From: Acetobacterium bakii
GTDB taxonomy: Bacteria > Bacillota > Clostridia > Eubacteriales > Eubacteriaceae
NCBI RefSeq assembly: GCF_001263355.1
Contig: NZ_LGYO01000001.1
Span: 6,340 to 30,339 of the forward strand
Length of the DNA: 24,000 nucleotides
Reading direction: 5' to 3'
The translations under genes and the position numbers were made by a program. Position 1 is the first letter of the stretch. Every line of letters starts with the position of its first letter. Of the stretch, positions 15,993-23,589 are shown in pieces. The notes under the pieces are model-generated. The model was not told where the DNA came from. It searched no databases and worked only from the letters and a program-made list of their open reading frames with translations.

Positions 15993-16775
15993 ATGCAAGC
16001 ACTGGACCCTATAGCCTTTTCTGCATTTGGATTTGATGTGCGGTGGTATGGGATTCTCATCGCTTCCGCATTACTCATCGGATTATTTATCGGTATTAAA
16101 CGTGCTCCGAAATATGGAATTGACCCGGATCTTGTTCTTGATTTCTTTCTGTATATGACTCCGGCAGTGGTGATCGGTGCACGACTCTACTATGTTATTT
16201 TTAATTTTAGCTACTATGCAGCCAATCCAACGGAAATATTAGCCACCTGGCATGGCGGTCTAGCCATTCATGGTGGAATTATTGCCGGGGTAATTGTGGG
16301 ATATATATTGTGTCGGGTTAAAAAGATTAATTTTCTGAGCTTTACTGATATGATCATTCCTGGTTTGCCCCTTGGGCAGGCCATTGGGCGATGGGGGAAT
16401 TATTTCAACCAGGAGGCTTATGGGGTTCAAACAGATTTGCCCTGGGCAATTACTGTGAATGATGCGGTTCTGGGAATGATCCGGGTTCATCCCACATTCC
16501 TGTATGAATCGATCTGGAACTTTTGTATCTTTGGCTTTCTGTTTTTCTACGAAAGCAAGTTAAAAAAGGTTAATGGCGAATTATTCTTTGTCTACCTTGG
16601 CTTATATTCTATTGGCCGATTTTTCATCGAAGGACTAAGAACGGACAGTCTCATGTTTATGGGACTCCGAACAGCTCAGCTTGCCAGTTTAATATTGGTA
16701 ATCGTCGGCTTCGGCGGACTTGTGCTGCTGCGAAAATATCCGGACCGATTTAAAGCATTACCCTGGAAAAAATAA
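15993..16775 (+). CDS. lgt: Prolipoprotein diacylglyceryl transferase
   Basis: 260 aa, multi-TM. 'VRWYGILIA', 'WHGGLAIHGGIIAG', 'GQAIGRWGNYFNQEAYG', 'HPTFLYESIWN', 'GRFFIEGLRTDSL' are hallmark Lgt motifs. Confidence 0.93.
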   Translation: MQALDPIAFSAFGFDVRWYGILIASALLIGLFIGIKRAPKYGIDPDLVLDFFLYMTPAVVIGARLYYVIFNFSYYAANPTEILATWHGGLAIHGGIIAGVIVGYILCRVKKINFLSFTDMIIPGLPLGQAIGRWGNYFNQEAYGVQTDLPWAITVNDAVLGMIRVHPTFLYESIWNFCIFGFLFFYESKLKKVNGELFFVYLGLYSIGRFFIEGLRTDSLMFMGLRTAQLASLILVIVGFGGLVLLRKYPDRFKALPWKK

Positions 16776-16806
16776 AAAGACTGCCTTTCGAGGCAGTCTT
16801 TTTTTG
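16776..16806 (+). terminator. Rho-independent terminator after lgt
   Basis: aaaagactgcc (16775-16785) pairs with ggcagtctttt (16792-16802). Loop is 6 nt, followed by a T-run. Confidence 0.85.
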
Positions 16807-17261
16807 ATAAGCTACCGTACCGGCAATTTCAATCAGTTTTTTTTCCTCTTCTTCTGTTCTTTCTTCCATTTCTTATCCCTGCGGATATCACTGCCTCCGA
16901 TAGGGAGCAGTACAATAAATAACATTTTTTTGCCAAAATAGGAGAATTATGCCAAAATATAAAAATTTATTTTTATTTATATGAGATTTCAATTAATGCA
17001 TTGCAATACTACAAAGTTTTCTATTTGCATTTCCTATAATTAACCCAAAAATCTTAGTATAATATGTAAAGGTGTAATCGGATGGATCAATGGAATGGAC
17101 AACCTTTTTTATTGACATCAATACCGACAAAAAATTGCCCAACATTAAAATTACTTCATTAATGGTTACAGCATTCAGTGTTGTATGGTTTTTTGCACGC
17201 AGCATAGTGTTATAGTATCCCTTTATTAACCTGAATTTATGATGAAAGGAAGGATAATTGA

Positions 17262-17858
17262 ATGTTAGCAGGCATTGTGCTGGCAGCGGGTCTTTCTTCT
17301 CGAATGGGAGCAGAAAAGATGCTTTTGCCTTTTGGAGAAGGCACTGTTTTAGAGGCCGCAATATCGCGTATTCCAAATGATGTGTTAGACCAGCTTCTTG
17401 TGGTTACCCGCCAGGAGATTTGGGATGCAGTTGAGTTACCCCAAATTACATCGTTTATTTTGAATCGATCGCCGGAAAAAGGTCAAGCTGAATCTCTGCA
17501 ATTGGGCATCGCTTATCTTCGTTCTAATTTTTCATATTGTCAGGGAATTTTGATATTCTTAGGGGATCATCCTCTTACTAATCCCAGATTGATTTGCGAT
17601 GTTGTTAGGATCTTAGAGGAAAACCCAAAAGCCATCGTTCTGCCAGAATACCATGGTATCATTGGACATCCAGTCGCATTCGGTTCAAAATGGTTTTCTT
17701 ATCTTGAAAACCAGAATGGCGACATGGGGGGGCGGAGGCTTATTGTAGAATATCCCGAAGCGGTGATCCGTATTCCGGGAGATGAGACCTGTATTATGGA
17801 CATGGATTCAAAAGCAGACTATAGGAGGATATTGAACTATGCCGAAAAATATCAGTGA
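17262..17858 (+). CDS. MobA/MocA-like nucleotidyltransferase (molybdenum cofactor cytidylyl/guanylyl-transferase family)
   Basis: 198 aa. N-terminal 'AGIVLAAGLSSRMG..K.LLPFG' NTP-transferase glycine-rich loop. 'GQAESL..G', 'FLGDHPL'. SD 'aaggaagga' upstream. Confidence 0.75.
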   Translation: MLAGIVLAAGLSSRMGAEKMLLPFGEGTVLEAAISRIPNDVLDQLLVVTRQEIWDAVELPQITSFILNRSPEKGQAESLQLGIAYLRSNFSYCQGILIFLGDHPLTNPRLICDVVRILEENPKAIVLPEYHGIIGHPVAFGSKWFSYLENQNGDMGGRRLIVEYPEAVIRIPGDETCIMDMDSKADYRRILNYAEKYQ

Positions 17859-18651
17859 ATATACTAATCTTGTCATTGTACGGGGCGCCGGAGATATTGC
17901 AAGCGGTACCATTTGCCGTTTGTATCAGTGCGGCTTTGCAGTGGCAGCTCTGGAAGCGGAAAAACCCACTGTTATCCGAAGATGGGCGGCTTTTGCATCA
18001 GCGGTGACTGAGGGGGAAGTGACGGTGGAAGATCTGACGGCGCTCCGCTGCGACACTGAACAAGAGATTGCAGAGGCGCTTGAGACTGGAAAAATCCCCA
18101 TCTGCGTGGATCCGGAAGGAATATGGATAAAAAAACTGAATCCCTTTGCAGTGGTGGATGCAATCTTGGCAAAAAAAAATATAGGAACTACCCGTGAGAT
18201 GGCGCCCATCGTTATTGGATTGGGGCCAGGATTTACTGCAGGGATGGATGTGGATGCTGTTATTGAAACCAATCGCGGGCACGATTTGGGCCGCGTGATT
18301 TATAAAGGAGCAGCTGCCGAAAACACTGGTGTTCCTGGAAGTATCGATGGGTATACCCATGAACGGGTTATCCGTGCACCATCAGCAGGAGTTGTCAGGA
18401 TTGTCAGGGACATTGGAACTGTGGTGAAAGCGGGAGACTGTCTGGCCGTTATTGACGGAAGGGAGGTGATGTCAAAAATCGCCGGTGTGGTTCGGGGAAT
18501 TATAGCTGATGGCAGCAGTGTTTTTAAGGGAATGAAAATTGCAGATGTGGATCCGAGAGGCAATGCGGGCTATTGTAATACCATTTCAGATAAGGCCAGA
18601 AATCTCAGCGGTGGCGTTCTGGAGGCGATTATTCATTACGTGGCAAAATAA
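17839..18651 (+). CDS. yqeB: YqeB-family selenium-dependent molybdenum hydroxylase system / XdhC-like accessory protein
   Basis: 270 aa, overlapping the preceding MocA-like gene by 20 nt (SD 'aggagga' at 17823-17829). 'VIVRGAGDIASGTICRLYQCGFAVAALEAEKPTVIRRWAAFASAVTEGEVTVE' matches my recollection of the short Firmicute YqeB/EF2563 family. The assignment is from memory only. Confidence 0.6.
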   Translation: MPKNISEYTNLVIVRGAGDIASGTICRLYQCGFAVAALEAEKPTVIRRWAAFASAVTEGEVTVEDLTALRCDTEQEIAEALETGKIPICVDPEGIWIKKLNPFAVVDAILAKKNIGTTREMAPIVIGLGPGFTAGMDVDAVIETNRGHDLGRVIYKGAAAENTGVPGSIDGYTHERVIRAPSAGVVRIVRDIGTVVKAGDCLAVIDGREVMSKIAGVVRGIIADGSSVFKGMKIADVDPRGNAGYCNTISDKARNLSGGVLEAIIHYVAK

Positions 18652-18663
18652 ATAAAGACAAAA

Positions 18664-18692
18664 TTGACAGGCAAGGGTCAGTCAACTATAAT
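18664..18692 (+). promoter_or_regulatory. Perfect-consensus sigma-A promoter (TTGACA, 17 nt, TATAAT) with no downstream CDS
   Basis: ttgaca at 18664-18669, 17-nt spacer, tataat at 18687-18692. The only element downstream on the + strand is a terminator ~100 nt away. The next gene is convergent, on the - strand. Confidence 0.55.
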
Positions 18693-18698
18693 GAATCG

Positions 18699-18845
18699 AA
18701 GACAAAGAGGTCTGACCAGTGGTATCCAAGCATGGACAGCATGTGAAAATAAATGAAAAAATTTGGCAAAATTTTATCAAACTTAATATAATATAAACAA
18801 AGGTGTTTGAAGATAAAATATTCTTCAGACACCTTTGTTTTATTT
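18699..18845 (+). ncRNA. Candidate small RNA (~145 nt) bounded by the consensus promoter and an intrinsic terminator
   Basis: The predicted TSS is ~18699 and the terminator stem is 18795-18840 followed by a U-rich tail. Only trivial ORFs occur in between (MDSM*, and MKKFGKILSNLI* with no SD). No family is recognised. Confidence 0.35.
18795..18845. terminator. Bidirectional intrinsic terminator (serves the convergent - strand activase gene and the + strand candidate sRNA)
   Basis: aaacaaaggtgtttgaag (18795-18812) pairs with cttcagacacctttgttt (18823-18840): 18 bp with one G-U on the + strand. Loop is 10 nt. Both flanks are A/T-rich, giving U-tracts in either orientation. Confidence 0.8.
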
Positions 18846-18870
18846 GAAAGGATGTGTGCAGCTGGAGCGA

Positions 18871-20607
18871 TTAGTTGAAGTTCATATTCATGATGTAGGC
18901 TTCCATAAAATCGGCGCTATCGGCCAAGTTGACCTGTTTTGTATGGGATTGAATGGATTGGGTGCGCTGGTTTTCATGCTGGTTCAACAGACAAAGCTGG
19001 ACACCATGTCCTGCACCGTTGCCGATGGAGATGATTTTTTCTTTTGGAATAAGAGGGAGCAGGCCTATGGCCAGAGCGTTTTCAATATCGATGAAATTAC
19101 CAAAGGCACCAGCTAGGACGAGCGCATCTATATCATCAAGGACTAAGTCACATTCCTTCAAAAGGGTTAGACAGCCGGAATAGATGGAGCTTTTTGCCAA
19201 CTGAATCTGTCGGATGTCTTTTTGAGAGATGTAAACAGGCACTGTCTCGTTGGAAAAGTAAAAAACCACATCATCGGTCTCCAATAAGGTCAGTTGGGAA
19301 AAAAGTTGGCTGTCTGGACGTTTTTTGCGGTATTCATCGGGTGTAAGCAGATACCCTGTTTCGTCAATGATTTCGATGGATCGTAAGATGGCAACTGCGT
19401 CAACTATGGCAGATCCGCAAAGGCCGATGGGTTGTGTATCACCTATTACTTTAAAAGAAATGACGTCATTGGCCAGGGTGATTTTTTCGATGGCTCCTTC
19501 ACTGGCGCGCATGCCGCATTCAATATTGGCACCTTCCAGAGCAGGTCCGCAAGCAGTTGAAGCCGTATAGAATTGCTGGGTGTTACCAACTGCGATCTCA
19601 CCATTGGTGCCAAGGTCAATCATCAGGTATTTTTTTTCATCCTGGGGTAAAGTCAATAAAACAGCGGTTGTGTCAGCACCGACGAAACCGCCTAATAGCG
19701 GTAAAAATTCAATGGTTGAAAAATCGGGAAGATCTAAACCACAGTGAACATTATTAGTGAGAATGCTGTTCTGGGTGATGTTGGAAAAGGGAAAAACACC
19801 CAGTGCGATAGGATTAAGTTTGAAAAAAAGGTGCTGCATGGTGCTGTTACCGCAGAGGATGAGTTGATAGAGATGATCTCGTAAATGGGGGTGGTTGACG
19901 TAACATTTTTCAAGAAGGCTGTTGATAGTGGAGCGGATACAGTTGTTTTGTTCGGTTAAAGCAGTATCCTGTTCCTGGCAGGACAAGATACGGGTAATGA
20001 CATCGGCGCCAAAGGTGATTTGCTTGTTTAGGGCTGATTCCGTCTGGATCAATTCACCTGTTTTCAAATCGTATACATAGAGCACGACACTGGTGGTGCC
20101 AATGTCAATTGCTCCGCCAAACAGCCAGTCCGTAGTATCGCCTTTTTGGAAATCGATGATCTGACTCTGACGATAAACTGCGGTAAAGCCATCTTTTTCG
20201 GTGGTATTGATGATTACAGAAAACTTTTGAAGCAGGGGGGCGTTAGCGTTTTTTAGGTGATCACTATAGGTCTCAGGCATCATGTCTGAATGAAGGAAAT
20301 GCGTTTTAGAAATAGATGGATTAAAGATAACGTCTTGCGGAGCAAGATGATGGGTAAGGAGTGAAGCCTGGTCAAGAAATTGGGAGGCGTCAAGATAGAT
20401 CGTCAAATCTTCGGTAATTTCAAACTGGCAGGCCAGTTCATTTCGTTTCAGACCGTTGGATTCAATGGTGACAGAACATTTGCCACAGGTTCCTTTGCCG
20501 CCACAGACTAAATCAAGGGGAAATCCAGCTTTAGAAGAGGCATCGGCTAGGGTGCCGCCATTAACACAAATGGACATTTTTTGATTGATAAATGTAAGTT
20601 GATACAT
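18871..20607 (-). CDS. Corrinoid reductive activase (RACo/RamA-like): N-terminal [2Fe-2S] ferredoxin domain fused to an ASKHA ATPase (DUF4445-type)
   Basis: 'ICVNGGTLADASSKAGFPLDLVCGGKGTCGKCSV' is a plant-type 2Fe-2S motif. ASKHA phosphate motifs 'GGAIDIGTTSVVLYVYDL' and 'MIDLGTNGEIAVG'. 'TASTACGPALEGANIECGMRA'. Start taken at ATG 20607 (SD 'gaggtg' just upstream); the ORF track opens at GTG 20613. Confidence 0.85.
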   Translation of the reverse strand: MYQLTFINQKMSICVNGGTLADASSKAGFPLDLVCGGKGTCGKCSVTIESNGLKRNELACQFEITEDLTIYLDASQFLDQASLLTHHLAPQDVIFNPSISKTHFLHSDMMPETYSDHLKNANAPLLQKFSVIINTTEKDGFTAVYRQSQIIDFQKGDTTDWLFGGAIDIGTTSVVLYVYDLKTGELIQTESALNKQITFGADVITRILSCQEQDTALTEQNNCIRSTINSLLEKCYVNHPHLRDHLYQLILCGNSTMQHLFFKLNPIALGVFPFSNITQNSILTNNVHCGLDLPDFSTIEFLPLLGGFVGADTTAVLLTLPQDEKKYLMIDLGTNGEIAVGNTQQFYTASTACGPALEGANIECGMRASEGAIEKITLANDVISFKVIGDTQPIGLCGSAIVDAVAILRSIEIIDETGYLLTPDEYRKKRPDSQLFSQLTLLETDDVVFYFSNETVPVYISQKDIRQIQLAKSSIYSGCLTLLKECDLVLDDIDALVLAGAFGNFIDIENALAIGLLPLIPKEKIISIGNGAGHGVQLCLLNQHENQRTQSIQSHTKQVNLADSADFMEAYIMNMNFN

Positions 20608-20634
20608 AGTCACCTCATAATATATTTTATAAAT

Positions 20635-21270
20635 TCAGTCAACAAGACGATGGGGACAATTTATTGAATCACATGTTTTGCAATCATGTTTCGTTGAATG
20701 AGATTCAATTTGGGAATCTGCACCAAAGTAATACAACATCGATTTTTCGGGTTCCAGCATATAATTTTCTGTCAAACTTACTTCAAGATTTGTTTCATCT
20801 TTCAGATTACGAAGAATGTTTTCCTGGACTTGTAAATCGATATTATTTTCACCTGGTGAATGACGTTTTGTTAACCTTAGTCCCAAATAGTTGATGGTAT
20901 TTTCGAGTTGCGTGTTCATCTGATTTGATGCATTAAATAGTATTTCATTTGAAATATGGTTTAAGAGGAATCCATCCAGAAATTCATTTTTTTGAATGAG
21001 GTCTTCAATGACTTCATTAATTTTATTTGAACACGAACAAAAGCATGAAACAACGTATTTACAGCAATCGATATTCGGAAGATTAAGATGAGTAATGTTT
21101 TTCCGGATACTATAACAGGTGGTGATTTTCAGATTTTCTTTGGCAAGTTTAATGAGCTTTGGGAAAACCTGATGGGTATATTTTGTAGCATTTTCATTTT
21201 CTTTCAGATGTAGCTGACGAAAAATTCGATCCTTGTCATAAATAAATTCGGTTTGTGTGAATACAACCAT
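20635..21270 (-). CDS. Methionine-synthase (MetH) activation-domain-like protein with a C-terminal Cys cluster
   Basis: 'RHSPGENNIDLQVQENILRNL.....LEVSLTENYMLEPEKSMLYYFG' resembles the 'R.SPGYGDWPL..Q..lf.lL......i.LTe..mM.P.KSv' core of the B12-dependent Met synthase activation domain. C-terminal 'CKTCDSINCPH'. Start taken at ATG 21270 ('ggag' 6 nt upstream); the ORF track opens at TTG 21282. Confidence 0.65.
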   Translation of the reverse strand: MVVFTQTEFIYDKDRIFRQLHLKENENATKYTHQVFPKLIKLAKENLKITTCYSIRKNITHLNLPNIDCCKYVVSCFCSCSNKINEVIEDLIQKNEFLDGFLLNHISNEILFNASNQMNTQLENTINYLGLRLTKRHSPGENNIDLQVQENILRNLKDETNLEVSLTENYMLEPEKSMLYYFGADSQIESHSTKHDCKTCDSINCPHRLVD

Positions 21271-21282
21271 ATTGAACTCCAA

Positions 21283-22551
21283 TCATTTTTCCTGCAGTTG
21301 AGCAGTGATCCGTTTGCGGTACTCTTTTGGGGTTTCACAAAGGAGCTTTTTAAACACTTTTGTGAAATAGCTTTGATCTCCAAAACCGACTTGCAATGCA
21401 ATATCAGCAAAATTCATGTCCTTATTCTCAAGATAATCAAGACTTTTCTGGATTCGTTTATCATTCAGAAAAGTGGTGAAATTGACGCCTACTTCCTGAT
21501 TGAAAAGTTTTGATAAATATGTTTTACTGATGCGCAAATGAGAAGCGACGTCATTCAAAGTAATCTTTTCACAATATCCGTCATTGATAAAAACGAGCGC
21601 CTGTTTGATGATCTCTGATTGTACACGTACCAGAGAGTGGTACACATTATCAACAAAGTGATTGATAATATGAAAAATCCAATTGAATAGTTCAGTAATG
21701 TTATGAATCTGGCTCATGGAGAAGACCTGATTAATGTCAAAACTGAAGATTGTTTTTATCGAAGCACCACTGTCTATGGCTCTTTGAGAAAGGGTTCCAA
21801 ACAAATCAAGTACTCGGCCTTTAATATTTTCGAAATTTCCGCCTTCAATAATGAGAATTTCGTCATAGTACAATAACAAAATCTCCTGGACTTTTTCTTT
21901 GTTGCATTCTTCAACAAAACGGATTAGTTTATGTTCTAACGATGTTAACGTTGAGACATCTTCGAATGATGAAGTGGACTTGTTTTTATATTTTTTAATT
22001 TGATCACCAATATAAAGTTGGGTTTGGTATCTGGCATTGAGATGTTCATAATCTTGCCAATTTTTGTAGAAACCAAGCAGCGTGTTAAACAATAATGTTG
22101 AAAGACTTTGAATATGACTGGAATTATATATGATCATTTTGGAAATAGCAAGTGATATTTTTGGGAGCAATGCTTGAAAATCGGGATATAATTGGAAGGT
22201 TTTATCCAAAAATATTTCGTTGATATTCCCCATGACCAGGGGACCGATAATCACGTTGGCGAAGTATTTGTTATCAATAATGATAGGAATAGCAATATTG
22301 ATGAAGTTGGAAGGACAGGTAAAAATATAGGGTTCACCTAAATTAGCGGAGAATTGAGCGGAAAAAGAAAGTGTATCTTCACATTTTTTATTCAGATTGC
22401 CATAATGATCGCTGAAGATTGAACAAAACTTCAGTTCAGACAAGAATGTCATGATGATTTCGCCGGACGGTTGATAAACCGATACTGGTACGCCAGTACA
22501 CGTGCAAAAATCGGTTAGAACTTTTCTAAGTTTTTCGATGTGATCTTCCAT
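21283..22551 (-). CDS. AraC-family transcriptional regulator with an N-terminal PocR sensory domain
   Basis: 422 aa. The N-terminus 'FCTCTGVPVSVY.PSGE......ELKFCSIF.........CEDTL.......NLGEPYIFTCPSNFINIAIPIII' fits the PocR Cys pattern. The C-terminal dual HTH 'ITLNDVASHLRISKTYLSKLFNQEVGVNFTTFLNDKRIQKSLDYLENKDMNFADIALQVGFGDQSYFTKVFKK' is an AraC signature. Confidence 0.85.
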   Translation of the reverse strand: MEDHIEKLRKVLTDFCTCTGVPVSVYQPSGEIIMTFLSELKFCSIFSDHYGNLNKKCEDTLSFSAQFSANLGEPYIFTCPSNFINIAIPIIIDNKYFANVIIGPLVMGNINEIFLDKTFQLYPDFQALLPKISLAISKMIIYNSSHIQSLSTLLFNTLLGFYKNWQDYEHLNARYQTQLYIGDQIKKYKNKSTSSFEDVSTLTSLEHKLIRFVEECNKEKVQEILLLYYDEILIIEGGNFENIKGRVLDLFGTLSQRAIDSGASIKTIFSFDINQVFSMSQIHNITELFNWIFHIINHFVDNVYHSLVRVQSEIIKQALVFINDGYCEKITLNDVASHLRISKTYLSKLFNQEVGVNFTTFLNDKRIQKSLDYLENKDMNFADIALQVGFGDQSYFTKVFKKLLCETPKEYRKRITAQLQEK

Positions 22552-22882
22552 TGTATGCTCCTTCGTTTAAGAATTAAATTTTCCAATCAATCCCCAAAAA
22601 TTAAGAAAGAGAGAAATTTATGAGACATGCATATCGTAAAATCCCGTTTTAGGGTAAAATATTTAGTAAATCGTTAAGCTAAATAAGGGATGTTTTATTA
22701 CAATACATCAATATTTTACCAAAACATGGTTTTTTGTCAAGAAAAAACAGAGGAATCACTTCAGACTTTGGGAGTTTATGAAAACGTAGTGCAATTCTAC
22801 AAAGACTTGTGTTGCATTTTCTATATTAAACATCATAAGCCTGATATAATTTGTTTATTGGTTCAACAGTCAGGAGGACACA

Positions 22883-23518
22883 ATGTTGCCAACAAAAAAA
22901 ATATTTCAAAAGATAATTGAAGGAGATGAAGTTTGTACGGTTGAACTATGCCGTGAGTGTTTGTCAAATGGTTATGATGCCATGGAGATTCTGGAAAAGA
23001 GTATGATTCCGGCTATGGATCAATGTGGAGTATTATTGACAAATCGGAAGAGTTTTATTCCTCAGGTTTTAATGTCCACACGTGCTATGCAGGCTGGTAT
23101 AGAAGTCCTAAAACCTTATCTGAGTCAGCAGGAAAATAAGCTGATGATTTCGGAAACGGTTATTATTGGAACGGTCATGGGTGATGTCCATACCATTGGC
23201 AAAAATCTTGTTTCAATTATGCTTGAGAGTGTCGGTACCACGGTGATTGATTTGGGTGCGAACATCTCGGGAAAAGAGTTTATCGATGCCATTACAAAAT
23301 ACCAGGCAAGATTTGTGATGATGTCGGCTATGCTCACATCGGCGATGGTAAGTATGCGAAAGATTGTCAAAGAGATTAAAGATCATGAATTTGGTTGGGA
23401 TGTCGTCATTATCATTGGTGGGGTAATGGTTACCTTAGCATTTGCCAAAGAAATTGGAGTTGAATATGCTGAAAACGCTATCATCGGTATGGAAAAAATA
23501 TTAAAAATTCATGATTGA
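22883..23518 (+). CDS. Cobalamin-binding corrinoid protein (methyltransferase system, MtaC/MtbC/MttC-like)
   Basis: 211 aa, SD 'aggagga' upstream. N-terminal helical cap domain, then B12-binding 'GTVMGDVHTIGKN' (DxHxxG), 'MSAMLTS' (SxL) and 'IIIGGV' (GG). Confidence 0.85.
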   Translation: MLPTKKIFQKIIEGDEVCTVELCRECLSNGYDAMEILEKSMIPAMDQCGVLLTNRKSFIPQVLMSTRAMQAGIEVLKPYLSQQENKLMISETVIIGTVMGDVHTIGKNLVSIMLESVGTTVIDLGANISGKEFIDAITKYQARFVMMSAMLTSAMVSMRKIVKEIKDHEFGWDVVIIIGGVMVTLAFAKEIGVEYAENAIIGMEKILKIHD

Positions 23519-23589
23519 AAAAATATAATTAAAATGGTTTAACGACCTTTTGATAGAAAAGATAAAAATAGATTTAAGAGGAGGAACGT

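Noticed and set aside
16881-16911. 'cactgcctccgatagggagcagt' hairpin considered as part of a molybdenum-cofactor (Moco) riboswitch upstream of the MocA/YqeB genes
   Set aside because: I cannot reproduce the Moco motif consensus from memory well enough to match it. The element is ~350 nt from the mocA-like start, and no surrounding multi-stem architecture was evident. It is left as an Rfam check inside the 16807-17261 finding.
16993-17376. 127-aa minus-strand ORF in the lgt-mocA gap
   Set aside because: It overlaps the well-supported mocA-like start by ~115 nt on the opposite strand. Neither the first ATG nor the internal ATG (17205) has a convincing SD. The composition is that of AT-rich random sequence, and no motif is recognisable.
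22552-22882. Looked for a cobalamin riboswitch upstream of the corrinoid protein genes
   Set aside because: No B12-box-like 'gccactg' core and no GC-rich multi-stem region was visible. The region is AT-rich and looks like an activator-dependent divergent promoter instead.
22690-22920. 76-aa + strand ORF in the divergent promoter region, overlapping the start of the first corrinoid gene
   Set aside because: There is no SD and the sequence is low-complexity and AT-rich. It runs out of frame into the corrinoid CDS, whose own start has a strong 'aggagga' SD. It is most likely spurious.
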